Of a stretch of DNA of 31,827 nucleotides, positions 1 through 8,637 are shown piece by piece (position 1 is the stretch's first letter; the number at the start of each line of letters is the position of its first letter). Origin of the DNA: a virus (Duplodnaviria > Caudoviricetes); IMG/VR virus record IMGVR_UViG_3300025635_000104, positions 1-31,827 of that record, one strand, 5' to 3'. The notes beneath the pieces are model-generated. The model searched no databases, was not told the DNA's origin, and was given only the letters and a program-made list of their open reading frames with translations. A program made the translations under genes and the position numbers.

Positions 1-252
1 CATGACCAGCGGCTCGGCACCGGTCGTCGTCGGCCACCAGTCAGTGCCGCCAAGGATGGCGACATCGGTGGCAAGAATGCCGCTCGACGCGGAGTAGCGC
101 ACCGCGCCGCCTTCCTTCTGGATGATCCCGCCGTAGTAGTCGACGTTGGTCGCGGCAAGCAGACAGGTCAGCGGCGTCGTCGCGTAGTTGCGCGAACCCC
201 AGATCCCGTCAGGGCCGAGCGGGATCTCCGTGCGGATGACTTCCTGCGCCAT
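1..252 (-). CDS. Putative tail/stabilisation virion protein, N-terminal 84 aa (runs off the window)
   Basis: ATG at 252 directly abuts the upstream TAA (TAAATG); open frame MAQEVIRTEIPLGPDGIWGSRNY... to the edge; position after the adaptor. Confidence 0.6.
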   Translation of the reverse strand, partial: MAQEVIRTEIPLGPDGIWGSRNYATTPLTCLLAATNVDYYGGIIQKEGGAVRYSASSGILATDVAILGGTDWWPTTTGAEPLVM

Positions 253-1200
253 TTAGCGCCCCCACCAGAGCCGATACCCGCTGGCCGTGCGCCTCCACGC
301 GCTGCGGTTGTTGCTGAGCCGCGGGTCAATCTGCCCCGGCCGCCCGGTGCCGCCCCAGCGCATCGCGTTCTCGGTCGACATGGCTTTGATGCCGGCCTTG
401 GCCTGCGCGCCGATCCCCACCGCGCGCTGCTCTTCCTTGTCGGTCATGACGAAGAAGGTCGCCATGTCCGCCAGGATGTGGCGGTAGTTCAGCGGGATGA
501 GTGGCACGGACGAGGCGTCGTCAATCAGGTCATCGGGCACGACCAGGTAGAAGAAGTCGAAGCGCGCCTGCTCGTCCAGGTAATGGCTGAAACGGATCTG
601 CGTTTCGTTCAGGGGCGCGTAGAGCTTCGGCGTGTCGAGCGAAAGCTGGATGGGTGGATACTGCTCCCACATCTCCGACAGGCCGACGCCGTACACCTCG
701 CCGCCGGACTCGCGGTGCGTGATCATCGGATCGATGATCTTGAGACAGTCCGCCGGGAGGTCGTAGTCAATGGGCATCGCCTGGTAGCTCGAGCCCGAAG
801 CGCTGGCGCCGACGTAGTTCGAGTCGAGCAAGATCCCTACGTCGCCCGCGACGTGCGAGGTGATCTGATACAGCGCATCGTCGCCCGTTACCAGGAAGTG
901 GTAGCCCTGGAGCGAAATGGTCGGCGCAGCGGACAGAGTGACGATGTTCGAGGCGTTCGTCACTGTCACGGTGCCGGTGTGGTAGTAGGCGTTCATGATG
1001 ATGGACGCCTGGTCTTTCATCCACCACCATTCGGTCGGCTGGTCGGGCATGAACTCCGTGCCGCCCATCCACAGCGAGCGGTAGGCGCGGTTGATGTACC
1101 GCAGCGCCGCGTCCTTGTACTGTGACGACCCGTCAGTGTTCTCGAACGCGCGCCAGAGCACGTCGAGCAGAATGTCCTGGGTGGTGGTGTAGTTGGACAT
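253..1200 (-). CDS. Putative head-tail adaptor (tail tubular protein A-like), 315 aa
   Basis: Helical N-terminus (LRYINRAYR), DYDLPADC motif and C-terminal PLIPLNYRHILAD resemble podovirus adaptors; position in structural operon. Confidence 0.65.
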   Translation of the reverse strand: MSNYTTTQDILLDVLWRAFENTDGSSQYKDAALRYINRAYRSLWMGGTEFMPDQPTEWWWMKDQASIIMNAYYHTGTVTVTNASNIVTLSAAPTISLQGYHFLVTGDDALYQITSHVAGDVGILLDSNYVGASASGSSYQAMPIDYDLPADCLKIIDPMITHRESGGEVYGVGLSEMWEQYPPIQLSLDTPKLYAPLNETQIRFSHYLDEQARFDFFYLVVPDDLIDDASSVPLIPLNYRHILADMATFFVMTDKEEQRAVGIGAQAKAGIKAMSTENAMRWGGTGRPGQIDPRLSNNRSAWRRTASGYRLWWGR

Positions 1201-1201
1201 G

Positions 1202-3613
1202 TCAGCCGTTACTGCGAGGCAGCGTCAACGTCGAACGCGCGGCAACCAAGTCCGTTCTTTGTGTAGCCAGAACGGCGCGCTCAGCGGCCAACGGTCCGCG
1301 GGACACCGGTCGGTATTCTACCGGCCCCACAGTTGAGGGATTCTTAAAAGGCAGACCACCCCATCCGAAGGGCGCAGTAAAGCCCTGAGCCCAGCGCACC
1401 ATGATAAAGTCCTGTGTACGAACGTCCTGTCCAGCTTCAGCAGTCGTAGACCCCGTGGTTGGCGTAAAATCTCCGTTCGCGGCATCCGACCATGTGGCGC
1501 CAGAAGTAATCAACTGGCGGGCATTGCCACTAAGCGCAGCGCTAGCAGAAGCCGCGTAACAAGTGCCAATATCGTAAGCTGTGGGCGCCGCGGTTGCTTT
1601 GAGGTCGGCAGTGCCATTGAAGGCGCAGTTCAGAAGGCGCGCAATGGTCGGACCAGTCGTAACGAAATACACCGCCTCATCCACGCCTGCGTTGGTGAAG
1701 CCGCAGTTCACGAGATTCAGAGTCACGCTAGCTTGGTCGCAACGCACTTGCGAGTACCCACCATCAAGGACGGTTCCAACGAGCGTAATTTCACAACCGC
1801 CCGTGTTGGAGTTCGTGTCTATGGTGTTGTGCGTGTTCGTGGACGCTGCGGGGTTGTGCTTGATGTATGCACCCATCGTGCGAACGAATCCCGACCGCGG
1901 AGAGATGGTCACGTTCGACGTCTTATCCGCCGCGCCTAACAGAGCGTCGATGAGATAGAGACCATTCGCCACCGAGCCCGAGCCCGCGTAGCTGACGTAC
2001 GAACCAACGCCGCTAGGCGTTTCGGACAGCGATTCCAAAATGAGATTGTGGCTTACAAAACCGTTGGAGAACATGGTGCCGGCGCTGGCGCCGACGTATT
2101 TGATGTAAGTGCTGTCCCGCCCAGCGCCCGTCACCCACACGTCATCCGAGGTATAGCCGGCGACGCCTATCGTGGTGTCCCATCGCAAACTGGTAGCGCC
2201 AACGCTATGCGTTCCCGCGGACAGCATAATCCGCGTTCCGAAAGTGACGTTGGACGCCAATACGTAATCGAGCGATCCCAAAGGATCTCGTGGCGTCTGC
2301 CCGCCGTAGATGGAGTTGACGCCGCGCGTAGACACCCAGCGGACAGGACAAAGAATGTCCGGGCGCCATCCTCTGTACGGAATGCTGTCCAACTCGAACA
2401 TCACCGAGTTGTAGACTGTGGCGTTCCCCGGCGTAGGGTGGCTGGCGTTCTGCCGCATCCCCGTACCACGGGAGAAGGAGAGGATGAGGCGGTCTGTTCC
2501 GGGTATGTAGTCCAGCGTATCTATGAACGGCGTGGCTTCGGCGGCGATGTTCACGCACGCTACGGGAAGAAACTCCAGGCTGTCTTCAGAAGAATTTGCG
2601 TAGATCCGCGCCAAGCGCTGATCTGCCTGCGTGCCGCCGCCGGACACCGTGGTGCTCGGAACAGTAACCAACAGCATGCGCCCGTCACGTAAGCGCAGCG
2701 AGGACCAACCGTCGTACGCATAGGAACTCCAGTTCAACTGGGGTACGTTGCTTTGCAGCGGCTCCCGCGCAAAATCCGATTTGCGAACGCGATAGAAATT
2801 GCCGTTGACCGAACTAGACCCGTCTCGCGCGTAGTACATATACGCAGAGGTGAACGAGGGGTATATGGACCGGCACGAGTCCGTCGAGTCGCCGATGATG
2901 GTCGAATTCGCGCAGCGGAAGCCGCTTATCGCGTTGATCGCCGCACCTACGGCATCATTCGACCACGTAGCCGACCCGTCCCACTCTATGTAGTGCGATT
3001 GAGTAGCGGAATCCCCCGTAACCACCCACACTTTGTTGGTATAGGGGTCTACGCGGACGCCGTGTATGTGCCGAATGGTGCAGCCGCCTTGTGTCGTCGA
3101 TGCGCGGTTCCATTCGCAGAGCTGCGTTACCGTGAAGTTTGCGTCGACTTTCAAAAGGCGGATCAGATAGCGCCCGGCGGCCAGCGTGCCGCTCGAGGTG
3201 TTGTACTCGCCGATGTAAACGCAGCGCCGCGAAGAATCGTAGGTGATCCCCTGCAATACGCTCACATCAGGATTGTGCGCCGACCCATCCCAACCGAGCT
3301 TCAAAAGTTCAGCCCACGGGCCATTCCACGAAGTCGAGTAGTAGACGTAAGAAAGTGCCGTACCTATGTCGTCAATGACGACGAACTTTCCGATGTCGCA
3401 CGACAGAACGTGCTCTATCTGGGGCGTGGTGAACGTGCCCCAATTGTTGATGTCCGCCAGGGTTTCCCACACGCCGTCCGACCACCGGTAGCGCCCGAGA
3501 TTGCGCTCGATATTGCTTCCGCCGTCGTAGTGCTTGCCATAGCCGTACGTCTCGTCGAGCGCCCAGAACATGCCGGGCGTCGCGTCTTTGGGCAAGAAAC
3601 GCGGAAATGGCAC
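1202..3613 (-). CDS. Spike/fibre-like protein: beta-propeller-like N-half plus right-handed beta-helix C-half, ~803 aa
   Basis: Probable GTG start at 3613 after AAGGA; RHIHGVRVDPYTNKVWVVTGD propeller-type motif; WVSTRG..GGQTPRDPLGSL..GTRIMLSAGTH beta-helix cap; GDFTPTTGS..G..TVGPVEY end motif. Confidence 0.6.
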   Translation of the reverse strand: MPFPRFLPKDATPGMFWALDETYGYGKHYDGGSNIERNLGRYRWSDGVWETLADINNWGTFTTPQIEHVLSCDIGKFVVIDDIGTALSYVYYSTSWNGPWAELLKLGWDGSAHNPDVSVLQGITYDSSRRCVYIGEYNTSSGTLAAGRYLIRLLKVDANFTVTQLCEWNRASTTQGGCTIRHIHGVRVDPYTNKVWVVTGDSATQSHYIEWDGSATWSNDAVGAAINAISGFRCANSTIIGDSTDSCRSIYPSFTSAYMYYARDGSSSVNGNFYRVRKSDFAREPLQSNVPQLNWSSYAYDGWSSLRLRDGRMLLVTVPSTTVSGGGTQADQRLARIYANSSEDSLEFLPVACVNIAAEATPFIDTLDYIPGTDRLILSFSRGTGMRQNASHPTPGNATVYNSVMFELDSIPYRGWRPDILCPVRWVSTRGVNSIYGGQTPRDPLGSLDYVLASNVTFGTRIMLSAGTHSVGATSLRWDTTIGVAGYTSDDVWVTGAGRDSTYIKYVGASAGTMFSNGFVSHNLILESLSETPSGVGSYVSYAGSGSVANGLYLIDALLGAADKTSNVTISPRSGFVRTMGAYIKHNPAASTNTHNTIDTNSNTGGCEITLVGTVLDGGYSQVRCDQASVTLNLVNCGFTNAGVDEAVYFVTTGPTIARLLNCAFNGTADLKATAAPTAYDIGTCYAASASAALSGNARQLITSGATWSDAANGDFTPTTGSTTAEAGQDVRTQDFIMVRWAQGFTAPFGWGGLPFKNPSTVGPVEYRPVSRGPLAAERAVLATQRTDLVAARSTLTLPRSNG

Positions 3614-3624
3614 GAGCGTTCCTT

Positions 3625-4080
3625 TTAGCTGTACTTGGCTTCTTTGTAATACACCAGCACTTCGTGCGAGATACCACTCGCTGTCGACTTTGCGTAGATC
3701 CCGGTCAGCGCACGCACGCCAGGGAAAACCCACTGCATGTTGTAGGACTGTCGGGCAAAACCGATCCGAGATCCCGCTGTGCTGGTGCCGTCGTAAAACA
3801 CCACAGATAGGTCGTTGGTGGTCGTAAAAATGCAGCCGTTCAAGCGACTGGCGCCTGTGTAGATCTGCTGCCCGTTGCCTACGTCGGTCGCGGAGAACGC
3901 TTTGCTGTCGCGCTGAACGCGAAGCTGCGAGCTGTACAAGCTATCCGCCTGCTCTTCACCACCCAGGTGCCGCGGGTTGGTGTCAACCGCGCGGTCAGTG
4001 ACGCGTGCTTCGATGTAGCGCTGGGGCGCCAGGCCGTCAGTCGCGGTGCCTTGCAGCAGAATGTAGCCCGACGATGCCAT
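3625..4080 (-). CDS. Hypothetical virion protein, 151 aa
   Basis: In-operon ORF with beta-rich C-terminal domain (YDGTSTAG...PGVRALTGIYA). Confidence 0.6.
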   Translation of the reverse strand: MASSGYILLQGTATDGLAPQRYIEARVTDRAVDTNPRHLGGEEQADSLYSSQLRVQRDSKAFSATDVGNGQQIYTGASRLNGCIFTTTNDLSVVFYDGTSTAGSRIGFARQSYNMQWVFPGVRALTGIYAKSTASGISHEVLVYYKEAKYS

Positions 4081-4086
4081 GACGCT

Positions 4087-4524
4087 TTACTCCGGCTCGA
4101 TTGCACCTGCCAACTGGAGCAGATGCAGGATTTCATCACGATTCTGCCCTTCGACGCCGTGCTCGCGCTTGGCCCACGCCTGAAGCGTGCGCCAGTGCAT
4201 CTTGTACGGATCAGTGACCGCGGGCGGGGGCTCGCTCTCCGAGATCTCGATGTCCAGAGAGGGCGAGTTCGATTCGCTCTTCCCCGCTTCCGTCCACCCG
4301 AGACGGCGCAGATGGGCGGGGCCAAGCAATTCCATCTGCTCCTTCACCCACTGCGGCGGGTCGGCCAACTCCGTCCCGTTCGCGAGGTACACCCTGCCAC
4401 CCTGCAGGTGTACGTTGGATTGACCCTGCATGCTGAGGATGACCGTGGGGATCTCCTTGGCCACGACGAGTTGCCCCGTGCGGCTGTCCTTTACCCATTT
4501 GGTGGGCTTGAGTTCGAGTCCCAT
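4087..4524 (-). CDS. Hypothetical protein, 145 aa
   Basis: AGGAG RBS just upstream of ATG at 4524; short C-terminal helical motif (MHWRTLQAWAK..G..GQNRDEIL) like SAP/Rho-N-type domains. Confidence 0.7.
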   Translation of the reverse strand: MGLELKPTKWVKDSRTGQLVVAKEIPTVILSMQGQSNVHLQGGRVYLANGTELADPPQWVKEQMELLGPAHLRRLGWTEAGKSESNSPSLDIEISESEPPPAVTDPYKMHWRTLQAWAKREHGVEGQNRDEILHLLQLAGAIEPE

Positions 4525-5218
4525 CGGTGATCTCCTGAACCTTGTGCGGCGCCTTACGCGCCAAAAGTTTTTCGAGTTCGCTGGCAGTGCCGGCTTCGAC
4601 TTTCGAGCGGCAATCACCAGGGTTGTAGTCGTAGCCGTAGAGCGGCCGTGCGAGCTTGCCTTCTTTGTCCTGCTGGCACAGGTGGCTGTCCATCAGGGTC
4701 GAGGTCATCGGCAGCTTCCACTTCACCCCGCGGCCGGTCGCGAGGCCTAGCAGGTAGGAGCAGCAGTCCGCGCCGGGCTCCACCACGTGGCTGCCCGGGT
4801 ACATGAAGTCGCAGCCGAACAGGTAGATCTCTTCGACCTGGGTGAGAATGGCGTAGCCAATGGCGTAGGCCACCGTGTTGGTGAACCAGTCGTCCATCAC
4901 GCAGTTCATCACGTCGTCGAGCGGGTAGGCCACCGCGGAGGGGTACTCCGGGTAGGCTCGGCAGGTGATGATTGGCGTGGTCTCAGACTTCATCCGCTCA
5001 GCCCACGCTGGATAGCGATGGGCCATGACCCGGAGGTCGTCCATCAACCACACCTTGTCCGCCTTGAACACCTCGAGACCTGAGTTCACCACCCAGATCT
5101 CGTCGTAGCGCTGCGAGTTCTTCTTGTTGATGCGACTCCCTACGAAGTCGCGATAAGAAGGCCCCAGCGCTACGAGCGCGACGCTACGCGGGCGAGTGTC
5201 AAGCGGGCTTCCACTCAC
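4211..5218 (-). CDS. Putative glycosyltransferase, Maf/DUF115/GT42 (sialyltransferase)-like fold
   Basis: VALVALGPS, EIWVVN and TVAYAIGYAI..EEIYLFGCDF match the GxGPS...N...IYLxGxD signature; last ~105 codons overlap the next gene. Confidence 0.6.
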   Translation of the reverse strand: MSGSPLDTRPRSVALVALGPSYRDFVGSRINKKNSQRYDEIWVVNSGLEVFKADKVWLMDDLRVMAHRYPAWAERMKSETTPIITCRAYPEYPSAVAYPLDDVMNCVMDDWFTNTVAYAIGYAILTQVEEIYLFGCDFMYPGSHVVEPGADCCSYLLGLATGRGVKWKLPMTSTLMDSHLCQQDKEGKLARPLYGYDYNPGDCRSKVEAGTASELEKLLARKAPHKVQEITDGTRTQAHQMGKGQPHGATRRGQGDPHGHPQHAGSIQRTPAGWQGVPRERDGVGRPAAVGEGADGIAWPRPSAPSRVDGSGEERIELALSGHRDLGERAPARGH

Positions 5219-5221
5219 GCA

Positions 5222-5572
5222 TCACCACCCGCGCGCCATGACGTACAGCACTTCCGCCGCCGTCGTACCGGCGCCGCTGACGGTCGTCGCCAGTTCGTTG
5301 CCCGTCGTTGCCACGAAGATGCGGATGGTGCCATTGGCCTGGTCGTACACGAACCGCTGGCCCGTGTTGCCGGTCACGCCGCCGCCGTGGATGCTGAGCG
5401 ACTCCAGGTTGCGCTTGAAACCGAACTTGTCGTACGTCGGCACCGGCACGCCTGCCGACGGGTACGTACCCGTCGTGGGCAACGCAATTGTCGCGTAGAC
5501 CATACGAGTCTTGGCTTGGATACGATCCGACTGAACCGTAACGGTCCAGTCGGTAGCGGTCAATGCTGCCAT
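5222..5572 (-). CDS. Small Thr-rich virion (head decoration-like) protein, 116 aa
   Basis: GGAG RBS; follows capsid genes; beta-rich with TGTYPSAG motif. Confidence 0.6.
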   Translation of the reverse strand: MAALTATDWTVTVQSDRIQAKTRMVYATIALPTTGTYPSAGVPVPTYDKFGFKRNLESLSIHGGGVTGNTGQRFVYDQANGTIRIFVATTGNELATTVSGAGTTAAEVLYVMARGW

Positions 5573-5587
5573 CGTTGCTCTCCGCTA

Positions 5588-6037
5588 TCAGGTCGTGGTG
5601 TACACGCCCGTGGTGTTGCCCGGCACTTCCCACGAGGGTTCAACCCACATGAACGCGCGGACACCGCAGACGCCGGTCACCGCGGTGCGGACGTTGAACG
5701 CCACGCGCTGCCCCGGACGCACCAGGACGTTGAGGCCGTCCTTGTACATCACGTTGCCGGCGATGAGCGCCGCGGTCGGCAATGCAAAGCCGCTGGCGCC
5801 ACCCGAGGTCATCGTCAGGACCGCAAGGTCGCTGGCCGTCGCGCCAGACGCCAGTGACTTGTGGATGAACGAGAAGACCGCGCCCGAGGTGGTCGAACCC
5901 GACGTGGTGACGATGACGCCACAGGCGCGCACGTAGTGCGGCTGGTAGCCGGGCATCCACGTGGCCTTGTCGCCGGATGCCGTGGCCGTCATGCCCGAAG
6001 CGAACAGGATCTGATGCTGATTGTGCTGGTAAGCCAT
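5588..6037 (-). CDS. Small Ser/Thr/Gly-rich virion (head decoration/cement-like) protein, 149 aa
   Basis: AGGAG RBS; immediately downstream of the major capsid gene. Confidence 0.6.
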   Translation of the reverse strand: MAYQHNQHQILFASGMTATASGDKATWMPGYQPHYVRACGVIVTTSGSTTSGAVFSFIHKSLASGATASDLAVLTMTSGGASGFALPTAALIAGNVMYKDGLNVLVRPGQRVAFNVRTAVTGVCGVRAFMWVEPSWEVPGNTTGVYTTT

Positions 6038-6061
6038 GAGTGTTGCTCCTGTCGCTACCGA

Positions 6062-7009
6062 TTAGGTGCTGGTAACGTGAATGGCCTTCGCTTCACCAGC
6101 GTTGGCGGAATCGGACCACGGCGCGTCGTACTTGAGAATGCCGTACCAGGCGACGCTCTTCGAGCGGCCGAAGTCTTCCGGCAGACCGGCGCGAAGCTCG
6201 GGACTCATCACTTCGGCGAGATACAGCGCCTCGTCGCCGAACACGACACCTTCGCCCAGCACCGAACCGGTGCCGAGGTTGTTGGCGAACGCAGTGGCGT
6301 GATTGGTCTCGATGAACCGGATGTTCTCGATGCGGCCGATCTCGTTGTTCCACTTCGCCATCGGGTCGGTGTACTTGTGCCACTCTTCCCACGACGGGTC
6401 ACGCTTGATGCCGCGCAGCGCCTGCGTACGGAAGATGCCCACGTAGTCCGAGCCCTCGTACGGGGGCACGTTGTACGTGTCGTACAAGTAGTCGCGGATC
6501 TGCTCGACGTGGTACACGTTCATGTTTGCCGTTGCGGTCGTCGCGGTGCCACCGGTGCCCAGCGTCGCGCTCGACAGACCCGTCGGGCTGTACTTGAGCT
6601 TGGTGTTCTTGATGCCAGTCGCGGCCAGGGCGTCGAGCACCAGGGTCAACTGCTGGTGCAGTTTGCGCTGGATGCCGTTCTCGAGGTCGAAGAACGCGAG
6701 ATCGGTCGACAGCTCGGTGTACGGAATGGCGCGGCCGAGTTCCTGCACGGTGATCGACTTCGTGCTCAGCGCGAAGGTGTCTTCCGAAATGCGAGTCGAC
6801 TCCGACAGCACCGCCGAGGTCGGCTCGGTGATGTTCGAGATACGGGTGATGGTCACAGTATCGCCCTTGTTCTTGCCGAAGCCGTTGACCGGCTGGGCGA
6901 ACGGGGCAATCACGCACTGCGCAATCGCGGCTTCCAGCAGGCTGCTGGAAAGCGCATGGTTCTTGTAGACGCCCGTCGGGGCGTCAAAGGTCCAGGTGAA
7001 CTGAGCCAT
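6062..7009 (-). CDS. Major capsid protein (N4-gp56-like, HK97 fold), 315 aa
   Basis: AGGAG RBS; GKNKGDTVTI, EIGRIENIRFIET and EDFGRSKSVAWYG motifs; follows scaffold. Confidence 0.88.
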   Translation of the reverse strand: MAQFTWTFDAPTGVYKNHALSSSLLEAAIAQCVIAPFAQPVNGFGKNKGDTVTITRISNITEPTSAVLSESTRISEDTFALSTKSITVQELGRAIPYTELSTDLAFFDLENGIQRKLHQQLTLVLDALAATGIKNTKLKYSPTGLSSATLGTGGTATTATANMNVYHVEQIRDYLYDTYNVPPYEGSDYVGIFRTQALRGIKRDPSWEEWHKYTDPMAKWNNEIGRIENIRFIETNHATAFANNLGTGSVLGEGVVFGDEALYLAEVMSPELRAGLPEDFGRSKSVAWYGILKYDAPWSDSANAGEAKAIHVTST

Positions 7010-7025
7010 GGGTTATGGTCTCCTG

Positions 7026-7787
7026 TTAGGCTGAAGCGCGGCCGGTGCGCGCTTCAAGGCGCCGTTTCCGCTGGTTGCGAGTGATCTCCTGGATCGAGAT
7101 AACCCGATCTGTCGGGAACTCCTCTGTGGCCGGCGCCTGGCCGGGCCCACCTTGCACCGCGGCCCCGCTCTCAACGGGACGCGCAGATTCTCTCGGCGGC
7201 GCGGATGCCGCCCGGGTCTTGACGATCTTCGACAGCTCGTTCTCGACCTTCTCAGCCAGAGCCGCCGACTGCTTGTCGACCGGCAGTGCAGCCAGCTCGC
7301 TCATGTACTTGTGCATGACCGCTTCGACGACGACGTTCGAGCCTTCAAGATGCTTGTTCGCGCCGTAGAAATCCGACCAGAACTTGGCGCGCTGCTGCTC
7401 GAGCGTATACTCCTGGCGCATTTCCTGCTTCCAGGTGTCCTTGAGCTTGTTCAACGTGCCGGTCGGGTTGATGAAGAGGTCGTTGTCGAGGTTGTCTTCC
7501 ACCACAGTTGGGGCAGGCGGAGCGACAGTGGCCGGCGGCGCACGCTTGATGGTCTCCAGTTCGGACTTCAGCGAGTCGAACTGGCTCGCCGTCGCCTCCT
7601 GCTGCGCCTTGATGGCGGCGGCGGATTCGGCCGGCACGAGGTACTTTGCCCCGTTGATTTCAATCTCGACCATGTTCGGCCCCGCGGCAGGGCCGCTCGG
7701 TGCCGGATGGTCAAAGCCCGGCGGCGTCTCGATGAGGTCTTCGCCACCGACCGAAATGGTCACGTCCGTCTTCTTTGCGCGCGCCAT
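7026..7787 (-). CDS. Putative capsid scaffolding protein, 253 aa
   Basis: Helical/coiled-coil with Pro/Ala linkers and basic C-terminus; directly upstream of capsid gene. Confidence 0.65.
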   Translation of the reverse strand: MARAKKTDVTISVGGEDLIETPPGFDHPAPSGPAAGPNMVEIEINGAKYLVPAESAAAIKAQQEATASQFDSLKSELETIKRAPPATVAPPAPTVVEDNLDNDLFINPTGTLNKLKDTWKQEMRQEYTLEQQRAKFWSDFYGANKHLEGSNVVVEAVMHKYMSELAALPVDKQSAALAEKVENELSKIVKTRAASAPPRESARPVESGAAVQGGPGQAPATEEFPTDRVISIQEITRNQRKRRLEARTGRASA

Positions 7788-7789
7788 GA

Positions 7790-8077
7790 TCAGTCCGCCT
7801 TCGTGGTCTTGAGCATCGGCCGTTCAATCGCCGAGCGGGAAATGTCGTACTTCGGCATCTTCGGCATCGGCGGCTCGGCAATGGAGTTCGCCGCGCGCTT
7901 GCGCGCGCCGTCGTACGGCGCGTGGCTCTTGAGGTGGTAGGCCGACGGGTGGCGCGGCTTCGGCGGCTGGCCGACCGGATGCGTGCTGCCCTTGTGGCCA
8001 TCGTTCGACGACATTGCGTGGTTGGCCGGCTTGCGCGTGCCGCCCACCGAATTCGGATCTTTGGTGCTGAAAGCCAT
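7790..8077 (-). CDS. Hypothetical basic, Pro-rich protein, 95 aa
   Basis: TGATG overlap with upstream ORF; AGGAGG RBS. Confidence 0.6.
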   Translation of the reverse strand: MAFSTKDPNSVGGTRKPANHAMSSNDGHKGSTHPVGQPPKPRHPSAYHLKSHAPYDGARKRAANSIAEPPMPKMPKYDISRSAIERPMLKTTKAD

Positions 8078-8328
8078 CAGCGGCCTCCTGAAACTTTCTC
8101 GATGGCGAGTCGCGCCTGGCGATCCATGTCCGCCTCGATGGCGCGCAATTCGGAGATCGCCGCAATCTTGGAGAGCAGGAGTTCGTAGGTCGCTTTGCCG
8201 CCACGGTACGCGAGCACCATGGCGTCGATGATGTCGGCTTCGCGATTCGCGATGATCCCCTGCAGCCCTTGGTGCAGGCTGACCGAGCGGGTCGCCTCGG
8301 AGGCGGCTACCGGGTCAATCGCGGACAC
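8077..8328 (-). CDS. Hypothetical helical protein, 83 aa
   Basis: Overlaps both neighbours; typical small gene between portal and scaffold. Confidence 0.6.
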   Translation of the reverse strand: MSAIDPVAASEATRSVSLHQGLQGIIANREADIIDAMVLAYRGGKATYELLLSKIAAISELRAIEADMDRQARLAIEKVSGGR

Positions 8329-8584
8329 GGATGCCTTGCTTCAGGTTGATGCCGCCCGGAAGAAAGAAGCCGGAGAAGCGCTCTTCCTGCTTGGTGCGGT
8401 ACTTCACGTTGATCACTTCCTGCAGCACGTTGGCCAGCAGCCAGACCAGATGGTCATTGGCCTTGACCAGAAATTCGACGCGATTGGGCAGGTCCATTGC
8501 CGTGTTGCGGTGCTCCGCATACCACATCGCGACGTCCTTCATTTCCTCTACGAGCTTGCTTGTGTCCACAGTGCAAGTGAGCAC
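8315..8584 (-). CDS. Hypothetical protein, 89 aa
   Basis: In-operon ORF filling the gap; start uncertain. Confidence 0.55.
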   Translation of the reverse strand: MLTCTVDTSKLVEEMKDVAMWYAEHRNTAMDLPNRVEFLVKANDHLVWLLANVLQEVINVKYRTKQEERFSGFFLPGGINLKQGIRVRD

Positions 8585-8637
8585 TCACTAACCTAGTTGC
8601 CGAAGTCTAGGACCAGAAGTTCTAAGAACGCAAGTTT

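Noticed and set aside
3614-3733. N-terminal 40 codons of the 843-aa ORF
   Set aside because: Overlap the upstream gene; AAGGA plus GTG at 3613 is a better start
8589-8637. Short imperfect AAGT(T)CTA repeats after the dioxygenase gene
   Set aside because: Too short and degenerate to support a function
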